A stretch of 59,795 bases of DNA, filler included, from Blastocystis sp. subtype 4 (lineage: Eukaryota), in assembly GCF_000743755.1 (NCBI RefSeq). It is 2 parts of 2 records of this genome, joined end to end, with 100 filler letters (N's around TTAATTAATTAA, not from the genome) between each part and the next. Parts side by side here need not be neighbours in the genome. Positions count along the whole stretch, not along the records: positions 30,032 to 59,795 come from NW_014569426.1; 1 more part is not named here. One strand, written 5' to 3'. Positions 49,702 to 59,795 of this stretch are shown piece after piece. The notes below the pieces were generated by a model. It had not been told where the DNA came from. It made no database searches and saw only the letters and a list, made by a program, of their open reading frames with translations. Numbering within the stretch: the first letter of the stretch is position 1; the number at the start of each line of letters is the position of its first letter. The position numbers were made by a program, and so were the translations under genes.

Positions 49702-51857
49702 AATCTGCTTTATATTCACCACCCATATCCAATATAGTACGATCCATCTCACAATAACTTGATTCCGCTGGCGCTGCAATATCAACATCATCTTTAGTAC
49801 ATTCACAAGAGAGTACAGTTGGCTGTTCAAGTCCTGCCATATCCTCAGAATCCCAGTTAATCGGTTTCAAATCCTTTGTCATTGCCTCATAGGTTTCTTT
49901 ATCAATAGCTTCGTAAGGTGCTTGAGGATACACACCTAGCTTTATACGAGGCAATAGCGAACAACCTTTGAGTTGATACTGGAAGAAATCGAGACATTTG
50001 CTGATCTTTGAGGTTTCGGTTTCAGGATTGAAAGAAATAGTGCAAGACACTTGATTATCTGCCCAGTATCGTTGTAGGAAAGCAGCCAGACTAAACTGCT
50101 CAAAAATGGATACATCATCCTGAATAGTAACATTATCTCCAGAATAGGCAGGGAAGGATACAACAACCAGAGAATCTTCTTGACCAATACAAGGTTCAAT
50201 AGGATATCCAGCATGACGCAATGCAGGCAACATGTCAGAATCTTTCGGGAATCGCACTCGACGAACGTAATACTTACACAGAGGGAAATGCATACCTGAG
50301 GTTGCACCTGCGAGCAACGATACAGTACCTGAAGGTTTCACAGAAGTTGTTTTGATGGATCGAGGTACACACAACCATTCACTGTAGATGTCATCCCACC
50401 GTTGTACTGTCTTGTATCCAGCATCCAGCCATTGACGCAACTCATCCAGGCTATGGTTACTGAGGAACTGTGCAATGCCACTCACAGAACAGCCAATTCG
50501 ACGGTTTCGAAGCATCACACGATTTGTTTCAGCCCAATGAGTTCGACCCAAAGTGACAGTCTTTCCATACAAATATGCGAATTTCAGTGTACGCAAGAAC
50601 TCCTCCAGAGAGTCATGATGAGCAGGGAATGTTTCCACCAAGCAACACAACTCATAGGATTCTAAGGATTGCTCCAAACATGGATTTCCACCCATCACTC
50701 TAAGCATTACACCCTCAATCAATCTCTACTTGATATCCTTATCATTTGGAGGATCACACATTCGTCCATAATGACGCATATTCTCTAACCATGCCAGACC
50801 AGGCTCTCCATTCTGTGCAATATGTTCAGCAATCTTTGAATAATCCATTCCGATACGGGCAAGGACACTGTTGTTTGATGTCCAGCCATACGAAGCACGA
50901 TGAGGATTCACATCATAATTCTTGAGGTCCAAGAAGGCATCATCTCCTTCTTCTCCAAATGCAATCTCGGCAGCACGAATATTACCAATTCCAACAACGC
51001 AACGTCCAATCAGATTGAACATATCTGTTATTACCGTACTACTTAGTTTCTCACCAACGTGTTTATCTAAGCACTCACAGAGATTATGATGCAGGTCAAT
51101 CAACGGATCTGGACCGCTACTCTTTCCTCCATATGTCTTTAGCTCACAGCCAGGTTTACGAATGTGAGAGTAATCGAAATCAATAACAGGACTTTGCTTT
51201 CCATTTTCACCAAAATAGCTGAGAATCAGAGCTCCAACAGAATGGACCCATCCTTCACGACTATCATCGATGATGTACTCTTCATGCGGTTCATTCTTAT
51301 TCGGTCCCTATCTATTATCATCATAAGCTAACTGTATACCAGAATCGTCACCTTTCCTGCACCCTTACAATCAAAACCAACGCCCACACCCAGCATTAAG
51401 GCATCCATCAAGAATTCAAAAGGCCTGATTAAGTCCTTGTCAATATCCTGTGTTGAGACAAAGGCACAGTTGTTGAGAGCAGCAGCCAGATTCTTGGTGT
51501 GAACCTATGATCAAACTCACATCCTATCGCTACGATATCCGTTCCCATACAGTACAGACCTCTTCCAGGAGGAAGGAACTTCATGTTGAAGATAAGGTTA
51601 TACATTTCTTGAGCAGACTTCTGTCCTTGTTCATCATTCCATCCCAGCTGATTCATATTGATGTGATTCATTTGAATTGAGTAGGTTCCTTCAACTACAC
51701 GTCTCACTGTCTGATACCACTTCTCATGCACACCATTAATTATTCGAGAGTAGGTACGACGATAAATCGCTTCTCCAAGTCCATTGAACCCAAATGGAGG
51801 CTTTTTGTCTTTGTATTGTTCAACAAATGCATCATCAAGTTTGAAAGAATACTCCAT
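49702..51857 (-). CDS. nrdJ: Class II adenosylcobalamin-dependent ribonucleotide reductase, monomeric RTPR-like
   Basis: PPFGFNGLG..YRRTYSR, PPGRGL, LNNC, LMLGVGVGFD, DDSREGW, TSNNSV, NGEPG, GGNPCLEQ, RNRRIG, TSVKPSGTVSLLAG, YWADNQVSCT, YPQAPYE; three ~30-nt introns. Confidence 0.92.
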
Positions 51858-52048
51858 GTTGGGAGACCGTTTGAAAACAAATAATGTAAGAATCAAAAAG
51901 AGCGGCAAAAGAGGAGAGAGTATCCATCTATTGGAGCCGTTGGCGGTTCTTTTATAGGGTAATAATTAGGAACAATTAAGGGGAATATAGTCACAGAAGT
52001 CCCAATTCTGGGATCTGCCGCCACTTGTTATTTCTACAGATTGAGTGT

Positions 52049-53665
52049 ATGCAATCCATACGAGAGGTCCTTCTGTCCATATTCACATATGGGATGATTG
52101 GATACACTCTCTATCAAATGTACATCTTCGTTTCACTTAGAGACAACTAGATATGTTACTTTCTTTATATCGAGTCTACAAATCTCCGACATACCGAATT
52201 CAAACATTTCTGTACAGAATGGTTGTAGATGTGATACTAAGGTGTTTTGGAGCGCACCATTTTTAAGTGGAGGTGGTTATTGTTCAGAAGCTATCTCTCT
52301 CGTAAAAGCTATCGACAAGAAGGGATTTGACGTTCATATTCAACAGGTATCCTAATTGTAGTCGAGTTGATGGGTAGCATGGCGATTCGGTGAATCAAGG
52401 ATTCATTAATGGTCTCGCAGCTCATGTACTCCCTTGTTGTCTAGTTCATCTCTAGGAACAGTCCACATTGTGGAAATTGATTAACAAGCGAAAACGAGAT
52501 CGCTCTCCTGTTGTTATTGAGATTTGTCATAGTGAGCCAGGTGCTTGGAAGCCGGCTTCTTTCTCAACATCAGACTGTCCTATATTCTCCCACAGACGAT
52601 CCTATCATATTGGCCGTACCATGTTTGAGACTGATCGTATTCCGGAGGGTTGGATTTCGAAAATGAATCGAATGGACGAAATATGGGTTCCTTCAGAGTT
52701 CATGAAGGGTATTTTTGAGAAAGGAGGAGCTACCAATGTTCGGGTCATTGGCGAATCTGTTGACACTACTTTCTTCCGCCCAATTCCTTCTCTTCGTAAT
52801 CATGCTTCTATTGATGCTGAGCAGGATCCTGCCAATCAGATGAATGTGACTCGTGCAATGCTTATCAAAGATGTATTTGAACCTCATCCAACTTTCGGAA
52901 CCTCTGTTGATATATTTTTGAGTGTATTTAAATGGGAAATGAGAAAAGGATGGGACATTCTTCTTGATGTCTATTTTCATTCTTTCACTCTCCAAGATCC
53001 TGTTTCCTTATTCATCATCACACAAGAGTATCACGAATCAGGTATTCTTCTTTATTTCGTTTTATCTAGTTCCCATCATCGATCAAGTGAATTCTTTCAT
53101 TCTATCTCATTTCTCTGTAAATGAGAGAGCTATCCTTCCACATTATTCTATTCTGACAGATTATGCTCCTGAGGATTATCTTCCTTACTTCTATAACGTG
53201 GTATCAGTATGTTGATTGAATCAGATCAAGGCTACCGCTGTGGTGTTGCCCACACGAGGTGAAGGATGGGGACGAGTTGCACAAGAGGCCATGAGTTGTG
53301 GAGTAGCTGTGGTTACTACGGGATATGGAGGACCACTCACTTACGTCAATGAGTACAATGCATATCTTATTCCGATTCAAGGTTATGTAAGACTCCTAAA
53401 GTTGGGTTTTATTTAGACAAAGATTCAAGAAGGCGCTTTTGCGGGTCATTTATTGGTTGAACCCAATCACACAGAGTTTAGACTGATTATGAGAAAGATT
53501 CAAGTTCATCCTGAAGAGGCTCGAACAAAAGGAGAAAAAGCGAGAATAGATATGGTGGAACGATATTCGGAAGATGTGTTTGGCACAATTCTGGAACGTG
53601 AATTTCAAAGAATAGGCCAGGAAATCCTAAAACGGAGAGTCAAACAAGAGAACGCTGAGCTCTAG
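52049..53665 (+). CDS. GT4/GT-B glycosyltransferase
   Basis: GRTMFETDRIP, DEIWVPSEF, FLSVFKWEMRKGWDILL, LPTRGEGWGRVAQEAM. Confidence 0.85.
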
Positions 53666-53735
53666 AAGTTAGCTTGTCATTCCTTTGTTTGTTGTTATCT
53701 CATAATGGTTGATTCCCAAGGAAGAAAAGTAGAAG

Positions 53736-55647
53736 ATGCAAATTTTGATCAAAATGCAGAAAATCGGAGTAGATGATTTTGTCTTTGGTAAACAGCTTGG
53801 AGAAGGTTCGTATTCACGAGTATTAATTTAATCGGAGTGATATAACAGGATAGGTTGTTCTAGCAAAGAAAAAGGATACTAGTGATGTATATGCTGTGAA
53901 GATCGTGAATAAGGGTTTTATCCAGAAAGTATAGTTTCTTTAGCTCATTTAGACTAGGAAGGAAAATCTGCTTCTGTTATGAGTGAGCGGAATGCCTATT
54001 TACGTTTTCATCATCCTTTGGTCAATCGGTTGTATTATTCATTCCAAGTAGGACTAGTTATACTATGTAATCAATAGGATAAGGAGAATCTGTATTTTGT
54101 GACTCAGTATTGCGAAGGAGGAGATTTGGCAAGCATGATTAGGTAGTAGTGCATGGAAGGTGTTATTTTTAGCAGCTTCAAGACACAAGGTCTTCCATGT
54201 CCTGATTCAGTTGCTCAGTTTTTTGCAGCTGAGATCCTTCTCGCTCTCAATTATATTCACACAACACATCATGCGATTCATAGAGATGTGAAGCCAGAAA
54301 ACATCCTTCTTCAAGCATCTGGTCACATCTCATTAACAGACTTCGGAACAATTCTCTTTTTGGATGAAACAGATGTAATAGAACAGGATGGGAAGAAGAG
54401 AGAACGAGGATATACGTTTTGTGGATCCAGCTGTTATCTGTCTCCTGAAGTGCTTGATGGGAAACGTGCCTCCATTAAATCGGATCTGTGGGCCTTAGGT
54501 TGTATTTTATATCAGCTATTGACAGGAAATGTTCTATTCCAAGAAGAGAACGAGTAGTGGATTTGTTAATGATCCAATTGTAGTTATCTCATTTTCCAAC
54601 TGATTTCCCAATTTGAACCCTCAAAATTGGCATTTCCTCCATCTCTCTCAAAGGTTGCACAAGACTTGATTCTTCGATTATTGGTGAAGAATCCTGAAGA
54701 ACGGATTGGATACGAAGAACTCTTTGTACATATTCCTTGGTTCTCTCATGTAGACTCATCCATATTTCCAAGGGATTGATTTCGATCATCTAGCGAATTC
54801 AACTCCTCCTTATCTTCCTCCTGTCCAACCTCCTTCGTCCTTTGATGAAGTCGACCAAGAACCATCATTTGAAGACATTCTTCTAGAAGAACAGGCCGAG
54901 CTTGTTACAGACAGTATTGATGTGGTGTTGGATTCGACGACATTACTACCAAAACCTATGCGGGGTGTAAGTGTTGTAAATGACGAAGATCGGAAGAATC
55001 TAACTCGACTTCTACGTAAGACGGACACAGATCTCACAAAGACACATCCTGAGGACGACTCTGTATTTCTTCAGAGTCAAGTTCCCTTAGATCAATTGCT
55101 TCCAAAGAATGGAACTGACTGGAAAGCAGCAGCCAAACAAGTGGATCCAGATCATCGACAACAGGCTTTCACTACAGCCAGCGGTTTTATTCAAGAACCT
55201 AAGTCAGAGGAACGACCTAAGGATTCCAATCGATGTAACGGTTAGCATGGCTTTGACAACTAGGTTACAACCAGTTTCTGGATACAACTGAGGAGGTTTT
55301 ATATTCAAGTCTGATTCTTCGAGGACGCTGTCTCTCGATCTTCAAGCGACTGGTACGGATGGAGACGAAATGTCAGTATAGCTTGTTTTAACGACCAGAC
55401 CCAGAATCTTCTGCATTAACGTTCGTAATGGAAAGCTGGAATTCAACCTGGCCTTGAGAGAACTTGGGAATGTGAAGTATCATACCGAACGATGTTTTTC
55501 CTTTGAAGATATTGTGGTAAGAGAAGGTAATACTAGTGTAATTCGTAGGCGAAGAAGAAGTATTACTTCAGGTCCATCCAAGGAGATGTGAAGATGTGGG
55601 TTGAAACCATCAATTCGATGTGTAGCTTTGTAAATGGAGAGAATTAG
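53736..55647 (+). CDS. PDPK1: 3-phosphoinositide-dependent kinase 1-like AGC kinase with C-terminal PH domain
   Basis: DDFVFGKQLGEGSYSRV, YAVK, HRDVKPENILL, DFGT, TFCGS; C-terminal PH-like segment (LTTRPRIF...MWVETI). Confidence 0.8.
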
Positions 55648-55694
55648 TTGTACTATGCATCCTGTTTGTTGGAGAGAGTGTAGAATTCCATTCC

Positions 55695-56627
55695 ATGGAG
55701 GACGAACCACAGCAGTACTTTTTTGGAAGCACCGTATGATTCCCAAAATCTGAATATTAATAGGATAGGTGTATCCAGGACAAGCACTGGATGTGGCTCT
55801 AATATGTCGTTCTCTCAAAATCACAAATGTACTGACTGTGAGGTAATATCATCTGCAGGTTAGTTTGCGAGAAATACCAGACAAGGCTATTTCATGTCTC
55901 CTCAAGGCCGAGGTTGAAGATCAGGATATTATCATAGCTCGTTTGTCAACACGTTGGATGTGAACAGGTTTGTTACTCTCTAGAAACTCCACAGAAACAT
56001 ATATCCCTTGATTTCCGTGCACAAAGTGTTTCAGTAAAGTTTTCTGTCGAAGGAAATGTCCCTGTTGATATCATGGGATTTGTTCATGATGTGGATCTTA
56101 ACTCTCTGCTTGCATTGAAACGTCAGTTGGGAGAGTCTTCTGAATCCGAACATGTTCAAATCAAAGAGACTCCGCTTAAAACACTTTCGTTTGAGCCTTT
56201 TGATGTGAAAGTACTATTCTGAGAGTTATGTGAACAGTAGAACTATGTTCGTCTTGGGGATTACGTACGATACAAGGATACGACAGTGGGTACAGGAGAA
56301 ATACCTCTGAAGGGACACAAAGTCCGAATTGCATATACCATTCACACACCAAATGGATCTATCATTGACTCTGAGGATCCTTCCATGAAGAAAATCCTTC
56401 CCTGGAAGAGAACAGTTGCCATTGCTGTTGGTAAGCTGTGTCCTGGATTGGATTCTGCTATTCAGAGTACGACAATGCAATAACGATCAAATGTAGCGAT
56501 GAGAGAAGGAGGAGAAAGGAGAATTGTAATTCGTCCTGAGAATGCGTTTGGTGAAAAGGGATATCCAAAGGCTGGAATTAAGGGAAATGAGTCAATTGCT
56601 GTTGACCTAAAACTTTTAAAGTGTTGA
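55695..56627 (+). CDS. FKBP-type peptidyl-prolyl isomerase with nucleoplasmin-like N-terminal domain
   Basis: FFGS...LKITN...VDIMGF (NPL-like); GTGEIPLKGHKVRIAY, GLDSAI, MREGGERRIVIRPENAFG. Confidence 0.75.
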
Positions 56628-57179
56628 TTGGTTGTTTGTTTTCATTGATTTGTACATCATGTTGAGTCGTTGCATAGCTCGTTGTCTTCCAGCAGTTAAT
56701 AATGCAATTACACAATCTGCGATGTTTATTCGCGGTGCTTATCGTGTTCCTAATACAAGAGGCGATTACGAAAAGGTTGGTGAATTGGACTTGGAATAAT
56801 TTGTCTAGCAACTTCTATATTCCATTTCCGAACTCAAAGAATTAAAAGTGAAGCGTTCTCTGATTATGAAAGTAGATTACGTAAGACTGTTTGTATAGAT
56901 GTTAATTAAATGTAGTATCTTAAGAACTATCATTTTCCAAACTCAGTTCGCAAGCATGTTATGACACGCAGTACTTTGCCAAGCATTAAGACAAAAGCAT
57001 ACATTTACAAAGTGAAGAATCGACTCGATGATGAGCATCTACAACGGTAAGTTTTGGAGGTATTAGTTAATAGTAGCGTCTGCGACACACGTATTGATCC
57101 TATGAATCGGTACAATGAAGATTACGTGTCCTTTTACCATTGTTTTCTAACAAACACAAGGAAGAAGCAAGACTCGCGA

Positions 57180-59557
57180 TTACAGATCAGGATGCACAGA
57201 ATGGAAGCAATCCATATACTTCTCATACGTAATAACACCGTTCTCGCTATCACTGCGTGCCATTTCCTGAATCAACAACAACTCCTTCACAGGCACTCCC
57301 ATTGTAACTTCAGCAGACACCTTAGCAATTACATCTTCTGACATACCTCCAGTTGTGCGCAACACTTCAGCCACATCCTTCGGAGCATACGGTACAGGGA
57401 TGTCCATCACCACATTGAATGGATCCATCAGACCCAACTCTTCCATTGCATTGCGCTGTGAGGTGGTTGCAATGATCATTAATTTCCGACCTACTGTAGG
57501 AGGATTCTTCTTAATCAAAACAAGCAGTGCCTGAAGCACAGAGTTCGAGAAACGAGGTCCCAAACGAACATACTCCACAAGACGTTCCAAATCATCCAAA
57601 ATGATCATCGAAAGAGGAGACTTGTAGGCATCCTGGAAAATAGCAGAGATGGATCCTGCCTTGGATGAATCCGAGGCACCAAGTAACATATCAGCTGAAA
57701 TGAATTTAACGAAGGGGAACTGGGATTGAACAGCAACATAAGCAGCAAGAGCAGTCTTACCACAACCCTGAACTCCATCAAGACATACAGAAATCAGAGG
57801 AGTATGTTCGGAAGTACGTACTTGTTCAACCATAGTCATGAGATCACTGTACAGTTTCTTGAACTCATCTGAATACTCAATAATTCCATTACGATAACGA
57901 ATAGACAGTTCATCCTTCTCCAGACCGAAGGCAGGTTGGACTTCTTGCAAAGCACGCTGGAAGTCCTGCCAAGTCACACGCATCTTCTCAGGATCGATAT
58001 CCACCTTCGTGAGATTATTTATATCAACTTCACGTTCCAGAGCGAAGGAGGAAGCACTCTTCACCAGACCCTCCAATTCAGCTCCAGTGAAGTTCTTGGT
58101 CAAATCAGACAACTTCGCCAAATCCACATCATCAGCCAGATATCCATTCTGACGCATAGTATTCGTGTGGATCTTCAGAATCTGCACACGACCCTCTTCA
58201 CTTGGCAAGCCAATCTCAACATGAACCTCAAGACGACCAGGTCGAAGCAAAGCAGAGTCAATAAGATCCTTACGATTGGTCATACCAATAATAAGCACAT
58301 TATTCAAGGCCTCCACACCATCAATCTTAGAGAGTAACTGATTGACAATGCTATCATGAACTCCAGTTCCATCTCCATTTGCTCCACGAGCCTTACAAAT
58401 AGCATCGATCTCATCGAATATGATGATATGAAGGTCACTGTTATCTCCCATCTCCTCTTGTTCTTTTTCAGCATCTTCAAACAAAGCACGAATATTAGCT
58501 TCCGATTCTCCAACATACTTATTCAGAATTTCAGGGCCATTCACAATCTTCGGCTCGTGAGCATTCAATGCCTTACCAATCTGACGAGCAATCAAAGTCT
58601 TACCACAACCAGGAGGTCCATATAACAGCATACCTCGTACATGCTTGATTCCCATCTTTCGAAGCACTTCAGGAGGGAACACACGAGAAGCAAATGCACG
58701 ACGGAAAATATCAGCAAACTCCTTATCCAAACCACCAATACCCATAGCCTGGAAATTGAATCCACGCTCAAACAAACGACTATTACCACTACTCGATCCT
58801 CCCTGAATACGAATCAGAGCATCCTTCTTCTTCTTGAAGAGGAGGGTACTAGCCTTCACCATCTGACCACAAGCTCGACCAATTACAGGTTCCTGCTTCT
58901 GACCCTCAATCTCAATGAACTCCATTCCAGTCACTTGGAGACGCAGAGACAGACTCTCCAACTGGACGACCATCTACCTATGAACTAGTCAATGAATTGC
59001 TACCATCTGATCCACAGTAAACATTTGACGTCCATAAAGATCCTTCATGATCGGAGTGAGCTTATCACAGTCCACTTCAATAGGCTAGGACTCATCTAAA
59101 TTATACAATCTATACCTTTCCAGTATTATTCTTCTGAAGAAGATCAACTTCAAAGGTGATGTTGTTAATAACCTTGATATTCTCCTGAGGATATACACTA
59201 ACCTCAATTTCGTTATTCAAGGCAAGACTAGCACATCTTCTCTGGAGCATGTTGAACGCCATCTCGTGTCTTGGTGTGTCATCAAAGGGCCTGAACTATG
59301 ATCCTCTCAGAGAATTGAGATACCTTGCAGTAAACACAAAATCATTGACCTGAACCAAAATGCCTGGACTCTGCTCGTCAATCTTTCCTGCATCATTCAT
59401 AAGCTATGCGTAACAAATAGAAACAGAATACAAACCTTATCATAGTCCTTTGGGCTCACATAAACACAGTTGGTGTACCTAGAAATAACAAGGTTCCTCT
59501 CATCTTGTACGCAAGCTTGTTGCTAGAAATACCGGCTACTGTGAATTTTCTCGACAT
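57180..59557 (-). CDS. NSF: Vesicle-fusing ATPase NSF/Sec18
   Basis: GIGGLDKEFADIFRRAFASR, GPPGCGKT, IIFDEID, LLRPGRLEV, D2 Walker A GCGKT, GPRFSN; N-domain in short exons. Confidence 0.96.
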
Positions 59558-59795
59558 TCTTCTTTCTTTCTGAAAGATTGAGGTATTTGGCAGAAATTAG
59601 GACGATTTTGCTCATTCTGTGTATGTGAACATAACAATCCTATACTTATTCAATAACGTGTATATCCAATATCAAACAAAATGGAATAAACTGATCAACT
59701 AAAGGACTAATCCCACTCATTCACACTCATGAGCTTCTCCACCTTCTTCTTTCCTTTCAAAAACTCTCCTTGTATTGCTTTCTTCTTTCCCCTCT

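Noticed and set aside
57936..58988. Several plus-strand ORFs over NSF
   Set aside because: Antisense shadows of a conserved, codon-biased gene.
1..59795. Alternative genetic code or stop readthrough to explain fragmented ORFs
   Set aside because: Most breaks are explained by ~30-nt GT-AG introns, and TAA, TAG and TGA all occur as terminal stops.

Overview
Gene-dense, intron-rich eukaryotic DNA with about 30 protein-coding genes and very short intergenic spacers. Most introns are GT-AG and about 28-33 nt long. A recurring TGTTTGTT-like octamer sits at gene 3' ends. This combination is characteristic of the anaerobic gut stramenopile Blastocystis (inferred from sequence style, not verified). 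Recognisable genes are DGAT1, a calcineurin-B-like EF-hand protein, a PH-AGC kinase, an SGT co-chaperone, NHP2, a giant MIB/HERC2-UBA-HECT ligase, PP2C, a fucosyltransferase-like protein, a P4-ATPase, RPL14, Pumilio, MIF, a RAD51 paralog, FAN1, SDHC, RPS20, RPS19, a ubiquitin-like-eL40 fusion, DUF866, a class II (B12-dependent) ribonucleotide reductase, a GT4 glycosyltransferase, PDK1, a nucleoplasmin-FKBP and NSF. Expanded LRR/MORN-like and surface-protein family members are also present, some frameshifted. Main observations: (1) at least six genes appear to lack a usable genomic stop and would obtain UAA by polyadenylation exactly 4 nt upstream of the octamer; (2) five convergent gene pairs share abutting back-to-back octamers forming a compact bidirectional 3'-end element; (3) eL40 is fused to a 76-aa moiety only about 43% identical to ubiquitin; (4) an intron-containing monomeric-type NrdJ; (5) a perfect 28-bp inverted repeat and a 102-bp exon+intron tandem array in an LRR gene. 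A 100-nt N/TTAATTAATTAA scaffold linker lies at 29932-30031. All exon boundaries were read by eye and are approximate unless stated.
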